A program made the translations under genes and the position numbers. A stretch of DNA of 64,000 nucleotides from Chloroflexota bacterium (GTDB taxonomy: Bacteria; Chloroflexota; UBA11872), in contig JAPPLN010000008.1 of assembly GCA_028874175.1 (NCBI GenBank), positions 20,715 through 84,714 of the forward strand, read 5' to 3'. Each line of letters begins with the position of its first letter. Position 1 is the stretch's first letter. This document shows positions 9,158 to 19,375 of the stretch, one piece after another. Under the pieces are notes generated by a model. That model saw only the letters and a program-made list of their open reading frames with translations. It was not told the origin of the DNA and made no database searches.

Positions 9158-9749
9158 CGACGCCCGAACCGAGCCCGATCAGGATGCCGTGGCCGACGGC
9201 CTGCAAGGCGACTTTGGACTGGCGCGCACGATCGAAGGGTTGCTGTTCGTGGCGGACCGTGCCCTCTCGGCCGCCGAACTTGGCGGCGTCACCGGCGCGT
9301 CGGAAGTCGAGGTTCGAGAAGCGCTGAACGAACTGATCGAGCACTACCGCACGCGCGGCATCATCCTGCTCGAGCACCGCAACACCTTCCGGTTGGTCTC
9401 CGCCCCAGACCTTGCGGACCACTGCCGCCGGCTTCTGGGTCTGGACCAACGCCGGCAGCCTTCACGCGCAGCTTTGGAGACGCTGGGAATCGTGGCCTAT
9501 CGCGGACCGGCAACGCGTGCGGAAATTGAGCGCGTGCGCGGCGTCGACTCCGACAGCGCGCTAGCTTCGCTGCTCGCGCGAAACTTGATTCGCGAAGCCG
9601 GACGGCTTGATGCCCCGGGCCGGCCGGCGGTGTTCACCACGACCGATACGTTTCTGGCCTACTTCGGTCTCACGTCGCTGGACGAGCTTCCGGAACTCGA
9701 CCTGGAGTTCGGCTCGGACGAGCTGGAAAGACCTTCGCCCGACGTCTAG
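9144..9749 (+). CDS. scpB: Segregation and condensation protein B
   Basis: IEGLLF, SRAALETLGIVAY, RAEIERVRGVDS, FLAYFGLTSLDELP. Start set at ATG 9144. Confidence 0.93.
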   Translation: MATDSDARTEPDQDAVADGLQGDFGLARTIEGLLFVADRALSAAELGGVTGASEVEVREALNELIEHYRTRGIILLEHRNTFRLVSAPDLADHCRRLLGLDQRRQPSRAALETLGIVAYRGPATRAEIERVRGVDSDSALASLLARNLIREAGRLDAPGRPAVFTTTDTFLAYFGLTSLDELPELDLEFGSDELERPSPDV

Positions 9750-10141
9750 CGCTTGGTGAACTGCTTGGCCTTGCGCGCCCGAACCAGGCCGGGCTTCTTT
9801 CGCTCCTTGGCCCGCGGATCGCGAGTCAACATGCCGGCCTGCTTGAGCTTCGGTCGATTCTCAGCGTCCATGGCGACCAGCGCACGGGCCAGCCCAAGCC
9901 GAATAGCCCCCGCCTGGCCGCGCGTGCCACCGCCTGTCACTCGCGCCGAGATGCCGACCGACATCTCCTCGAGCATTCGCAACGGCTCCAGCGCGTGAAA
10001 CCGATGATCGGGGACAGACAGGAATTCCTCGATCGGACGTCCATTGACAACAAACGGCCCCTGCCCGGGGTAGAGGCGGACCTGTGCGACAGCAGCCTTG
10101 CGGCGTCCCAGCCCGTAGTAGTAGTGGCCTTCCAGGGTCAT
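9746..10141 (-). CDS. rpsI: 30S ribosomal protein S9
   Basis: GRRKAAVA, GGG.RGQAGAIR, LTRDPRAKERKKPG...FTKR. Confidence 0.98.
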   Translation of the reverse strand: MTLEGHYYYGLGRRKAAVAQVRLYPGQGPFVVNGRPIEEFLSVPDHRFHALEPLRMLEEMSVGISARVTGGGTRGQAGAIRLGLARALVAMDAENRPKLKQAGMLTRDPRAKERKKPGLVRARKAKQFTKR

Positions 10142-10554
10142 ACGCCTACCTCGAGAATCTGGGGCCGCTGGGCCTCGTGCCGGTGTTCAGGACCGTCGTA
10201 GACGCGAAGGCGCTTCAACGCGCGGCGGCCGAGCGTGTTCTTGGGCAACATCCCCTTAACGGCAAGTCGAATCACCCGGTCGGGCCGTCGGGTAAGCATC
10301 TCGTCCAGTCGCGTCATCCGAATGCCGCCGGGGTAGCCGCTGTGCCGAGCGTAGAACTTCTGCTCGAGCTTGCGTCCGGTTACGCGAACGCGCGCGGCGT
10401 TGATCACGATCACTCCAGCCCCGTCGTCAACATTAGGAGAGAACGTCGGCTGGTCCTTCCCGCGCAATACATGCGCAATGCGCGTGGCCAGCCGCCCCAG
10501 CGTTTGTCCGGAGGCGTCAACCACCACCCATCGCCGCCCGCTTTGATCGCTCAC
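10138..10554 (-). CDS. rplM: 50S ribosomal protein L13 (short N-terminus)
   Basis: WVVVDASGQTLGRLAT, HSGYPGG, VKGMLPKNTLG. Confidence 0.97.
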   Translation of the reverse strand: MSDQSGRRWVVVDASGQTLGRLATRIAHVLRGKDQPTFSPNVDDGAGVIVINAARVRVTGRKLEQKFYARHSGYPGGIRMTRLDEMLTRRPDRVIRLAVKGMLPKNTLGRRALKRLRVYDGPEHRHEAQRPQILEVGV

Positions 10555-11342
10555 GACGTCACCGCCTGTGTCATGCGTTGCCGATTGTATCGAGATTCAA
10601 CGTTGGGATACTCCACCCGCAGCAAGGTAAGTCCGTGCGCGGGAGCCGTGCCGCGAACCTGCGATCTGGCTGCGGGTTTCAGGAGTGCCGCGATTTCCGC
10701 CGCGTCGATCTCGCGCCGGCCGGCGCGAACAAGGGTTGCGACGATTCGCCGCACCATGCGGTACAGAAACGCATTGGCTGCGATGCGTATGAGGATGGTG
10801 CTCGCTTCCCGCCACACCTCCAGCGCTAACACTTCGCGCTTCGTACTCGCCTGGATTCCTGCGGTAAAGGCGTCGAAGTCGTGGCTCCCGACCATTTCGG
10901 CAGCCGCCGACCGCATGCGTGCCAAGTCAAGCGTCTGCCCAACGTGCCATGCGCGCGCCCTGTCCAGAACGGGCCGCACCGGTCGCTGCTCAACGCGGTA
11001 CTCGTAAACTCGTGCGGTGGCGTCCCGACGTGGATCAAACCCGGGCGCCGCAGTTGCAAGTTCTCGGATCGCAACGTCTGCCGGCAAGTGAGCGTTTACC
11101 GCCCTGAGCAGAGTTCCATCGTCCAGTCGCGATCGGGTACAGAAAGCGATCACCTGGCCCAGCGCATGAACTCCACTGTCGGTCCGCCCAGCGCCGGCAA
11201 CCGTCACGTCGTCGCCAGTGGCGGCTTGCACGGCGGTTTCCAAGATACCCTGCACCGTCCGCGAACTACGCTGCCGCTGGAAACCCTGGAAACCCGCACC
11301 GTCGTATTCCACCGTGGCGCGAACAGTTCGAACTTCAGTCAC
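10551..11342 (-). CDS. truA: tRNA pseudouridine(38-40) synthase
   Basis: [32 protein letters not shown]. Confidence 0.96.
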   Translation of the reverse strand: MTEVRTVRATVEYDGAGFQGFQRQRSSRTVQGILETAVQAATGDDVTVAGAGRTDSGVHALGQVIAFCTRSRLDDGTLLRAVNAHLPADVAIRELATAAPGFDPRRDATARVYEYRVEQRPVRPVLDRARAWHVGQTLDLARMRSAAAEMVGSHDFDAFTAGIQASTKREVLALEVWREASTILIRIAANAFLYRMVRRIVATLVRAGRREIDAAEIAALLKPAARSQVRGTAPAHGLTLLRVEYPNVESRYNRQRMTQAVTS

Positions 11343-11689
11343 ACCAGCTCCATGCGCGCCAGTGGCGCCCCGTCGCCGAGGCGGACGCCGAGACGGCGAA
11401 TTCGCGTATAGCCACCAGGTCGATCGTCGTACTGATCGGCCAGATCTCCAAAGAGTCGCTCGATCGTTTCAGGGTCAGGGATCCGAGCGATAGCCTGCCG
11501 CCGGGCATGTAGGTCACCGCGCTTGGCGAGGGTGATCAAGCGATCGACGTCTCGCCGAATCTCCTTGGCCCGCGCCAGCGTGGTGTCGATCTGGTTGTGC
11601 AGAATCAGCGACCTGACCAGGTTGCGCTTGAGCGCGCGGCGCTGCGAGGGAGTGCGGCCGAGATGGCGTCCGCGTCGGCGATGCCGCAT
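11339..11689 (-). CDS. rplQ: 50S ribosomal protein L17
   Basis: [28 protein letters not shown]. Confidence 0.98.
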   Translation of the reverse strand: MRHRRRGRHLGRTPSQRRALKRNLVRSLILHNQIDTTLARAKEIRRDVDRLITLAKRGDLHARRQAIARIPDPETIERLFGDLADQYDDRPGGYTRIRRLGVRLGDGAPLARMELV

Positions 11690-11694
11690 TGGAA

Positions 11695-12672
11695 CTACTC
11701 CTGGCTTTCGTCCGGTGCCGGCGCGTTGTCGGCCAGCGTGAGCCCGCGCATGGCCAAGGCCTCGCGAATCTCGGTGACCAGGCGCTCACCCATCCCGCGG
11801 AGTTCGTAGAGGTCGTTCTCAGACAGACCAACAAGCTCCTGGATTGTCTCAAGTTCGTGCCGTTTGAGACTGTTCAAGGCTCGGTTCGAGAGCTTGAGGT
11901 CTTCCAGCGGGTCGCCTTCGGCTTCCGGCATCGGCGGCATGAACGCGGATGTCACCACATCCATGGTTTCGTCAACGCCAGCGATGAGTTGAAAGGACTC
12001 AATGAGCTGCTGCGCAGCGCCGCGCAGGGAATCCGCCGGGCTGATGACACCGTCGGTCCAGATCTTGAGCACAAGGCGGTCGTACTCGGACTCGCGCCCG
12101 ACCCGCGCCGGTTCCACGTGGTATTCGACCTTGGTGACCGGACTAAACACCATGTCCAGAGGAATGACGCCGATTGGCAGATCCCCGCGCGTCTCGCTGC
12201 CGACGTATCCGGCACCGGTCTCGACCGAAAATTCCGCCCGCAGGAATCCAGCCTCCGTGAGAGAAGCCAGATGATGTCCGGGGTTTACGATTTCGACCCC
12301 GCTCGGGAGCTCAAGGTCGTCAGCGGTGACCTCGACGGGACCTTCAGCCTCCAGATAGAGAACGGCGGAATCGGCGTCGTGCGATCTGAGCCGAACCCCC
12401 TTGACGTTGAGAAGAAACTCGACGAGGTCTTCGCGCATGAAGTCCAGGGTGCTGAACTCGTGCAAGGCGCTGTCCACGCGAGCGGTGGCGATCGCCGCGC
12501 CCGGTAGAGCCGAGAGCAGCACACGGCGCAAGGGATTGCCCAGCGTGTGCGCAAAACCGCGGCGCAGCGGCTCGATCTGAAAATGCGCGTAGTTATCGCC
12601 AACCTCGACCATCTGCACGGTCGGCTGGATATCGGCTTCGGCCTGAGCTGATTCAACGGGTCCAAGAAACAC
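11695..12672 (-). CDS. rpoA: RNA polymerase alpha subunit (divergent)
   Basis: [48 protein letters not shown]; position in the alpha operon. Confidence 0.97.
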   Translation of the reverse strand: MFLGPVESAQAEADIQPTVQMVEVGDNYAHFQIEPLRRGFAHTLGNPLRRVLLSALPGAAIATARVDSALHEFSTLDFMREDLVEFLLNVKGVRLRSHDADSAVLYLEAEGPVEVTADDLELPSGVEIVNPGHHLASLTEAGFLRAEFSVETGAGYVGSETRGDLPIGVIPLDMVFSPVTKVEYHVEPARVGRESEYDRLVLKIWTDGVISPADSLRGAAQQLIESFQLIAGVDETMDVVTSAFMPPMPEAEGDPLEDLKLSNRALNSLKRHELETIQELVGLSENDLYELRGMGERLVTEIREALAMRGLTLADNAPAPDESQE

Positions 12673-12720
12673 CGCTGGTCCTTACCTTCCTGTCCGGTTA
12701 CACGGACTGTCGCGCACGGA

Positions 12721-13353
12721 TTAGCGCGAGTAGAACTCCACGATCAATTGCTCGTTGAGTGTCGCGTCGATTTGGTTGCGATCAGGAATCGCGTTGATGG
12801 TGCCCTCGAACGCCTCGGGATCCACTGATAGCCACGCGGGCCGGCCCAGCGCTTCGGCGCGATCCAGTGCATTCTTGATAGCGTCGATGTTGCGGCTCCT
12901 CTGGCGCAGCCGAACTCTGTCGCCGACGCCCAGAACAGCCGACGGGATATCGTGCTTGCGGTTGTTCAACTCGATGTGGCCGTGCTGAATGAGTTGACGC
13001 GCGTGCGCGCGGCTGAGCCCAAAGCCCATCCGATAAACGACGCTGTCCGCTCGAAGTTCCAGCAACTGAAGCAGACGCTCGCCGCGGGGGCCGCTCTGCT
13101 TGCCTGCCATCCGGTAGTGACGACGGAACTGGCGTTCCAGCACTCCGTAGATCCGGCGAGCCTTCTGCTTTTCGCGCAACTGAATGGCGTACTCCGTCGG
13201 CCGCCTCCGGCTGAAACCGCGGGATCCTGGACCACCACGATCACCGCGGCGCTCGATAGCGCACTTCGGTGTGTGGCAGCGGTCGCCCTTGAGAAAGAGC
13301 TTTTCACCCTCGCGCCGGCAGAGGCGGCAAACAGGTCCTGTGTAGCGGGCCAT
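12721..13353 (-). CDS. rpsD: 30S ribosomal protein S4 (Zn-binding type)
   Basis: MARYTGPVCRLCRREG, QLREKQK, LIVEFYSR. Confidence 0.98.
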   Translation of the reverse strand: MARYTGPVCRLCRREGEKLFLKGDRCHTPKCAIERRGDRGGPGSRGFSRRRPTEYAIQLREKQKARRIYGVLERQFRRHYRMAGKQSGPRGERLLQLLELRADSVVYRMGFGLSRAHARQLIQHGHIELNNRKHDIPSAVLGVGDRVRLRQRSRNIDAIKNALDRAEALGRPAWLSVDPEAFEGTINAIPDRNQIDATLNEQLIVEFYSR

Positions 13354-13383
13354 TCGAATCTGTCTCTCTGTTCTGGTTGCGGC

Positions 13384-13773
13384 TTATACGCGCCGACGCT
13401 TGGGCGGCCGCGGACCGTTATGAGGGATGGGCGTGACATCCGAGATACTTGAGACATTGAGTCCTACGGCCTGTAGCGCACGCACGGCGGCATCGCGACC
13501 TGATCCGGGCCCCTTGACAAACACGTTGATGTCACGCATTCCGGCATCCATGGCGCGCTGAGCGGCCTGCTCAGCGGCCTGTTGCGCGGCGAAGGGCGTG
13601 CTCTTGCGCGATCCACGCGCGCCGATGGTCCCTCCACTCGCCGACGCGACGGTATCGCCCATGGGGTCAGTGATGGTAATGATGGTGTTGTTAAACGAGG
13701 CGTGGATGTGCGCGGCGCCTCTTGGCACGGGTGCCCGACTGCGACGCCGGGACCGACTTGAACGTTCGGCCAT
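13384..13773 (-). CDS. rpsK: 30S ribosomal protein S11
   Basis: [24 protein letters not shown]. Confidence 0.98.
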   Translation of the reverse strand: MAERSSRSRRRSRAPVPRGAAHIHASFNNTIITITDPMGDTVASASGGTIGARGSRKSTPFAAQQAAEQAAQRAMDAGMRDINVFVKGPGSGRDAAVRALQAVGLNVSSISDVTPIPHNGPRPPKRRRV

Positions 13774-13777
13774 TCGT

Positions 13778-14158
13778 TTAGCCTCGCTTGATTACGCGCT
13801 TACGAATGCCGACGGTCCGACGCGGGCCTTTGCGCGTGCGGGCGTTGGTTCGCGTGCGCTGTCCGCGTGTTGGGAGCCCAATTCGATGTCGTAATCCCCG
13901 ATAGGAACCTATTTCACGCAAGCGAGCAATGCTGGTCTGCACAACGCGGCGTAAATCCCCTTCAACCCGCTCGCGACCGATCAAGGCCCGGACCCGCCCT
14001 AGCTCGGCCTCGGTCAGATCACTGACGCGAGCCTGCGGATTGACGTCGGCCTGTCGGACAATCTCAGCACTGGTGGTGCGTCCGATGCCATAGATGTGGG
14101 TCAGCGCAATGACCACCGGCTTGTGGCGTGGAATGTCAACGCCGGCAATACGAGCCAT
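13778..14158 (-). CDS. rpsM: 30S ribosomal protein S13
   Basis: [29 protein letters not shown]. Confidence 0.98.
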   Translation of the reverse strand: MARIAGVDIPRHKPVVIALTHIYGIGRTTSAEIVRQADVNPQARVSDLTEAELGRVRALIGRERVEGDLRRVVQTSIARLREIGSYRGLRHRIGLPTRGQRTRTNARTRKGPRRTVGIRKRVIKRG

Positions 14159-14170
14159 GTATCCCCGTCC

Positions 14171-14284
14171 TTAGCCTTGCCGCTGCTTGTGTTTCGGGTT
14201 TGAGCAAATGACCATGACGCGCCCATGTCGGCGGATAACGCGGCAGCGGTCACACCGCGGTTTGACGGAAGCCGAGACTCGCAT
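14171..14284 (-). CDS. rpmJ: 50S ribosomal protein L36 (Zn-binding type)
   Basis: Below the ORF-track cutoff; hand translation [37 protein letters not shown]. Confidence 0.97.
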   Translation of the reverse strand: MRVSASVKPRCDRCRVIRRHGRVMVICSNPKHKQRQG

Positions 14285-14289
14285 GATCG

Positions 14290-14637
14290 CTATCGCTCCA
14301 CTCGCTGATCGGCGCGCAACCGCCAGGTGATTCGCCCGCGCGAAAGGTCGTAGGGCGAGAGTTGCATCCGTACGCGGTCGCCGACGCCTACGCGAATAAA
14401 GCGTAGCCGCATCTTACCGGCCAAGTGGGCGAGGATGGCCTGAGGCTCGTCATCGTCGCCGTCCCCCGTCTGAATACGTAGCGGCTGACCATTCGGCCCA
14501 ATTGGCTTGACGAGGAACATCGTGTTCGGCAGTGAATCGACGACTTCGCCTTCAATTTCAATGACGGGGGTCTTGCTTGACGACTCTTCGGGCGGGGCCG
14601 GTGCTTCGTTTTTTTGGTTTCTGGGTGGCGGCACCAC
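14290..14637 (-). CDS. infA: Translation initiation factor IF-1, elongated (115 aa)
   Basis: [16 protein letters not shown]...[16 protein letters not shown]...[11 protein letters not shown]; lies between map and rpmJ. Confidence 0.93.
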   Translation of the reverse strand: MVPPPRNQKNEAPAPPEESSSKTPVIEIEGEVVDSLPNTMFLVKPIGPNGQPLRIQTGDGDDDEPQAILAHLAGKMRLRFIRVGVGDRVRMQLSPYDLSRGRITWRLRADQRVER

Positions 14638-14642
14638 GAACC

Positions 14643-15425
14643 TCAGACAGCTTCCGTAAGGACGCGCGGTCCTGCGTGGGTGATCGCCACGGTGTGTTCG
14701 AAGTGGGCGGACAGGGAGCCATCGTCCGTGCGCGCCGTCCAGCCGTCGGTATCGAAGACCACGCCGGCAGACCCGATGTTGACCATCGGCTCAATAGCAA
14801 GGGTCGTTCCCGGCACCAACTCGGGCCCACCGCCAGGACGCCCGAAGTTGGGCACCTGGGGCGACTCGTGCATGGTGCGCCCGATTCCGTGTCCGACGAA
14901 TCGTCTCACGATGGTTAGTCCGGCCTCCTCGACCAGCTTCTGCACGGCTGCTCCAATATCTCCGATGTGGCCACCCGCGACGGAGGCACGGATAGCTTCA
15001 GCGAGTGCGGCGCGAGTTACATCAAGCAGGCGGCTCGCGTCAGGGTCAATCTCGCCAACCGCGAGCGTACGCGCTGAGTCGGAGTGCCAGCCGTCAAGAA
15101 TCACTCCACAGTCCAGACTAATGATATCGCCTTCGCGCAACACCGCGCTACCCGGAATTCCATGCACGATTGCGTCGTTGATAGACGCGCAGATTGCTCC
15201 GGGAAAGGGCTCGACGCCTGGGTCAGCCGCCGGCACGCCGAGAAATGACGGAATGCCACTGTGGTCGCGGATGAAGGACTCGGCGATGGCGTCAAGTTCA
15301 CCGGTGGTTACGCCGGGACAAACCTCAGCCTCGATCTCGTCGAGCGCGCCAGCCAAGACGCGGCCTGAGGCGGCCATTGCTTCGACCTGCTCAGGCGTCT
15401 TGGGTTTGATCGAACCCGACATCAT
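14643..15425 (-). CDS. map: Methionine aminopeptidase type I
   Basis: SINDAIVHGIP, DSART, GHGIG..MHESP, AIEPMV, SAHFEHTV. Confidence 0.97.
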   Translation of the reverse strand: MMSGSIKPKTPEQVEAMAASGRVLAGALDEIEAEVCPGVTTGELDAIAESFIRDHSGIPSFLGVPAADPGVEPFPGAICASINDAIVHGIPGSAVLREGDIISLDCGVILDGWHSDSARTLAVGEIDPDASRLLDVTRAALAEAIRASVAGGHIGDIGAAVQKLVEEAGLTIVRRFVGHGIGRTMHESPQVPNFGRPGGGPELVPGTTLAIEPMVNIGSAGVVFDTDGWTARTDDGSLSAHFEHTVAITHAGPRVLTEAV

Positions 15426-15994
15426 CTGATTACGGCCTTCAGCGTGGTCCAGACGCGGCGCGCGACGGATTCAACGCCGCCGATGCCGTCCACCTCAATC
15501 AGGACGCCGGCCTTACGGTAGTAGTCGATGAGCGGCTCAGTGTCCTGGTGGTAGACCTGCAATCGGTGGCGGGCCGTTTCTTCGGTATCGTCCGCCCGAC
15601 CGCGGCCGAGCAGACGCCGTAGCGCTATGTGGTCGGGCACGTCGATGTAGACCGCGGCGGTTACCGAAAGGTTGAACTGCCTGAGTAGGTCGTCCAGCTT
15701 TTCAGCCTGATTACGCGTACGCGGAAAGCCGTCAAAGCAGATATCACGTCTCCGAGCGTCGCCCATGTACTCCTCAATGACCTGGAGCACGACTTGATCG
15801 GGTACAAGTTGGCCGCTGAGCAGATAGGACTCGGCGCGGAGCCCAGCCGGCGATCCGGCGGTGACCGCATCGCGGAACAGATCGCCGGTGGACACGTGAT
15901 CGAGCGCCATACGGCAGGCCAGCCGCTCACCCTGGGTGCCCTTGCCTGCGCCGGGCGGGCCAAGCAGGACCACGATCACTGGACGCTCGCCCAT
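15422..15994 (-). CDS. adk: Adenylate kinase (short-lid type)
   Basis: GPPGAGKGTQ, STGDLFR, DGFPR, short lid RGRADD. Confidence 0.96.
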   Translation of the reverse strand: MGERPVIVVLLGPPGAGKGTQGERLACRMALDHVSTGDLFRDAVTAGSPAGLRAESYLLSGQLVPDQVVLQVIEEYMGDARRRDICFDGFPRTRNQAEKLDDLLRQFNLSVTAAVYIDVPDHIALRRLLGRGRADDTEETARHRLQVYHQDTEPLIDYYRKAGVLIEVDGIGGVESVARRVWTTLKAVIR

Positions 15995-15998
15995 GCGC

Positions 15999-17279
15999 CT
16001 ACCGAATGAACCCTTCGTAGTTGCGCATCATCAACTGCGATTCAAGCTGACGCATGGTGTCCAGCACCACGCCCACGACGATCAGCATCCCCGTGCTGCT
16101 GATGGCCACCGCGTCAGCGCCGGTTACGGTCTGAGCGACGAAGGGCACGACGGCGATGATTCCCAGAAACACCGCGCCCGCCAGCGTAATGCGGTTGACG
16201 ACGCCTGTCAGGTACTGGTGCGTGGGACGACCGGGACGGATACCGGGGATGAAGCCGCCATTTTTTTGCAGGTTCTCGGCTAGGTTCTGCTGCTGAAAAA
16301 CGACCAACGTGTATACGTACGTAAAGATGATCACGAGCAGAAAGGTAAAGACCCAGTAGATGGCGTTACTGGGGCTGAGGGTGAGTGCGATTGCGCCGGC
16401 CGCATTGGCCAGCCACGATATTTCGGATGTCTCGAAGTAGCTGGCAACCGTAGCTGGCAGCAGCATCAGCGAAAAGGCAAAGATCAGGGGAATCATGCCC
16501 GCCGAGTTGACCTTGAGCGGGATGTGCGTGCTCTGGCCGCCGTACATGCGGGTTCCCCGGATGCGCTTGGCGTAATGGACGGGGATTCGACGCTGGGCTT
16601 CCTGCACGAAAACTATGGCAGCGATCATGATGAGGCCAATGATCACGACGGCAATGAATCCACCGATGTTTTCGCCGGCGAATAGCGACTGACCCAAGGC
16701 GGCGGGAGCACCGGCCACGATGCCGGCAAAGATGATGATCGAGACGCCGTTACCAATGCCGTTCTCGGTAATCAATTCGCCAATCCAAAGCAGAAACATC
16801 GTTCCCGCCGTCATCACGATCAACATCACGAAGATGTCGAACGGGCCCAGCGTTGGAGACAACAGACCTTGTTGGGCTGAGCGCAGGATCTGAATCTGGC
16901 CAAACCCCTGCAGCATGGCGAATGGAATCGTGGCCAAGCGAGTCCACTGCGCGATCTTGCGACGACCGGACTCACCTTCCCGGGAGAGTTCCTGCAACGG
17001 TGGGATCAACGGAACCAGGACCGTCGAAGCGATGTTGGCGGTTACGTAGGGGTACACACCCAATGCGACAACCGAAAAGTTTTCCAGTGCCCCGCCAGAC
17101 AGGAGGTTCATGAACCCCAGCAACTGGTTGCCGGCGAAGAAGTCGGCCAGCAGCTCCGTGTTAACACCGGGCAGGGGGATGTGCGCAACCGCCCGGAATA
17201 CGATCAGGAGGCCGATTGTGAAGAGAATCTTGCGACGAACGTCGGGAAGCTGGAAGGCCGCGACGGCCGTCTCGATCAC
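15999..17279 (-). CDS. secY: Preprotein translocase SecY
   Basis: GVYPYVTA, ITENGIGNGVS, KVNSAGMIPLIFA, FIPGIRPG. Confidence 0.98.
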   Translation of the reverse strand: MIETAVAAFQLPDVRRKILFTIGLLIVFRAVAHIPLPGVNTELLADFFAGNQLLGFMNLLSGGALENFSVVALGVYPYVTANIASTVLVPLIPPLQELSREGESGRRKIAQWTRLATIPFAMLQGFGQIQILRSAQQGLLSPTLGPFDIFVMLIVMTAGTMFLLWIGELITENGIGNGVSIIIFAGIVAGAPAALGQSLFAGENIGGFIAVVIIGLIMIAAIVFVQEAQRRIPVHYAKRIRGTRMYGGQSTHIPLKVNSAGMIPLIFAFSLMLLPATVASYFETSEISWLANAAGAIALTLSPSNAIYWVFTFLLVIIFTYVYTLVVFQQQNLAENLQKNGGFIPGIRPGRPTHQYLTGVVNRITLAGAVFLGIIAVVPFVAQTVTGADAVAISSTGMLIVVGVVLDTMRQLESQLMMRNYEGFIR

Positions 17280-17722
17280 TCGCTCAGCTCCTCAACGGAA
17301 CCACCGGCGCTTTCGATCTTCGCCTTGGCCGCCGCCGAGAATCTCGGTGCGCGCACTGTCAATGCGTGGTCCAGGTCACCGCCGGCAAGGATCTTGAACA
17401 GGCCGGGCTCAATGAGGCCCTTGCCCTTGAGTTCCTCAGGCCCTATTACCGATCCCTCAGGAAAGACATTCAGCGCGCTTACGTTGACCGGTTGGTAGTC
17501 GCGCCTAAATCGGTGATTGGTGAAACCTCGACGACTGGGGAAGCGCATGAGCAGGCGCGTCTGCCCACCTTCGAATCCAGGATAGGCGTTGCCGCCGCTT
17601 CGAGCGCCCTGTCCCAGGGTGCCGCGGCCGGTCGTCTTGCCCTTCCCGGATCCCTCGCCACGGCCGACGCGACGGCGTCGCTTTCGCGCTGGCGCGACTG
17701 CCGTGATTTGATGCGGTTTCAT
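17276..17722 (-). CDS. rplO: 50S ribosomal protein L15
   Basis: RVGRGEGSGKGKT.GRG, GFEGGQ. Confidence 0.97.
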   Translation of the reverse strand: MKPHQITAVAPARKRRRRVGRGEGSGKGKTTGRGTLGQGARSGGNAYPGFEGGQTRLLMRFPSRRGFTNHRFRRDYQPVNVSALNVFPEGSVIGPEELKGKGLIEPGLFKILAGGDLDHALTVRAPRFSAAAKAKIESAGGSVEELSE

Positions 17723-17919
17723 GCCTGATCGCTGTTCGGCACGTCGGACTCAACCTCGACAAGGTGTTCCACGACCTTAACCATGGCCCGAACGTCCGCC
17801 GTGTCGGGCCGAGACGACCGACGGCCAATCGCACCCAGACCCAAGGCCCTGAGGGTGTCGCGCTGCGAGTCCCGGGATCCGATGGAGCTACGCACCTGAC
17901 GCAGGCGCAGTTCAGTCAT
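17719..17919 (-). CDS. rpmD: 50S ribosomal protein L30
   Basis: VRSSIG...TLRALGL...V.HLV; spc operon position. Confidence 0.95.
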   Translation of the reverse strand: MTELRLRQVRSSIGSRDSQRDTLRALGLGAIGRRSSRPDTADVRAMVKVVEHLVEVESDVPNSDQA

Positions 17920-18457
17920 CGGTTGACGCCTCCACGGCCTGCTTGCGGCGGGCTACGGTTTCTTCAGGAATCTGAAGGCTCGCCAAGCCATTCACCGTGG
18001 CACGGACCACGTTAACCGCATTGGTGGAGCCGATGATCTTGGTGAGGAGATTGCGAACGCCAGCAAGCTCAAGCACAGCCCGTACCGCGCCGCCAGCAAT
18101 TACCCCGGTCCCGGGCCTGGCGGGACGAAGCACAACCTTGGAAGCCCGATAGCTCTCTTCAACATAGTGCGGGATTGAGCCATCTTCGGTCAGGGGAATC
18201 TCGACCAGGGACCGCCGGGCACGCTCCTGACCCTTGCGAATGGCCGCTACGACCTCGTTAGCCCGACCGATACCCACACCCACATGCCCGCGACGGTCGC
18301 CAACAACAACAATGGCATTGAAGCCGAATCGACGCCCGCCCTTCACGACTTTCGCCACGCGCTTGATTCGCACGACGCGGTCGTCCAGGCGATGAAGGTC
18401 ACCTGGTTCACGGGCCGCGTCGTGGCCGCCTGGGGCAAGCCGAGTCTCGATCGTCAT
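17912..18457 (-). CDS. rpsE: 30S ribosomal protein S5
   Basis: [28 protein letters not shown]. Confidence 0.98.
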   Translation of the reverse strand: MTIETRLAPGGHDAAREPGDLHRLDDRVVRIKRVAKVVKGGRRFGFNAIVVVGDRRGHVGVGIGRANEVVAAIRKGQERARRSLVEIPLTEDGSIPHYVEESYRASKVVLRPARPGTGVIAGGAVRAVLELAGVRNLLTKIIGSTNAVNVVRATVNGLASLQIPEETVARRKQAVEASTDD

Positions 18458-18807
18458 AGTGCGATGCCCCCGGCACGGAGGGCGTCGGCCAACGCCTTGA
18501 CGCGTCCGTGGTAGCGGTGGCCGCCGCGGTCGAATACGACGGCGGAAATGTGAAGCTCCTCCGCGCGCTTCGCCAGACGAGCCCCAACGTCCGCCGCGCG
18601 CTCGAGCTTGCTGGCGCCCTCTGTTGTGGATTCACGCGACGAGGCGGCGGCCAGCGTATGGCCGGCCATGTCGTCAATTACCTGGGCATAGGTGTGTTTG
18701 AGGCTACGAAACACCGCGAGCCGCGGGCGCCCGGGGCGGCCGACGACCCGTCGGCGAATTCGGCGGTGCCTGCGCTTGCGTGCCGCTCGTCGAGTCTCAG
18801 TTGCCAT
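18454..18807 (-). CDS. rplR: 50S ribosomal protein L18
   Basis: [21 protein letters not shown]. Confidence 0.98.
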   Translation of the reverse strand: MATETRRAARKRRHRRIRRRVVGRPGRPRLAVFRSLKHTYAQVIDDMAGHTLAAASSRESTTEGASKLERAADVGARLAKRAEELHISAVVFDRGGHRYHGRVKALADALRAGGIAL

Positions 18808-18819
18808 TCGTCAATCCAC

Positions 18820-19371
18820 CTATGCGACTGTCGTTGCAGCGGTCTTGCCGGGCTTTCGCCGAACGACTTCGCCCTGGTAGCGGAGCCCATGACCTTTGTA
18901 GGGGTCGGCGGGCCGAATTGCTCGAAGCTCCGCTGCAATCTGGCCAACCGCCTGTTTGTCGATGCCGCGGATGACGATATGGGTCGGGTCGGGCACTTCG
19001 AACTCGATGCCAACAGGCGCCTGGCGTCGTTGTGGATGGGTGAATCCCAACTGCAGGTCGAGCGTGGTGCCCTGGAGCTGGACCCGGTAACCGGTGCCCT
19101 GAATCTCGAGTCGCTTTTCGTAACCCTGGGTGACGCCGAGGATCATGTTGGCCACCAGTTGGCGAGCCAGCCCATGCATGGCGCGGATCCGGTGCTCGTC
19201 GTTGGGACGGCTGGCCACCATACGCCCGTTGTCACGCGTGAATCTGATCATCGGCGGAAGGGCCTGCACTAACTCGCCCTTGGGCCCCTTCACCGTGACG
19301 ACGTTTTCCGCGTCAAAGCTGACGGTCACTCCGTCAGGGACATCAATGGGAGTCAAACCAATGCGAGACAT
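18820..19371 (-). CDS. rplF: 50S ribosomal protein L6
   Basis: MSRIG start at 19371, KGPKG, DPYKG.G.RY. Confidence 0.97.
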   Translation of the reverse strand: MSRIGLTPIDVPDGVTVSFDAENVVTVKGPKGELVQALPPMIRFTRDNGRMVASRPNDEHRIRAMHGLARQLVANMILGVTQGYEKRLEIQGTGYRVQLQGTTLDLQLGFTHPQRRQAPVGIEFEVPDPTHIVIRGIDKQAVGQIAAELRAIRPADPYKGHGLRYQGEVVRRKPGKTAATTVA

Positions 19372-19375
19372 AGGC

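Noticed and set aside
10138-10600. Frameshift hiding the missing L13 N-terminus inside the truA tail
   Set aside because: The upstream in-frame sequence shows no L13 similarity, and the GTG has a plausible SD; a simple truncation is more likely.
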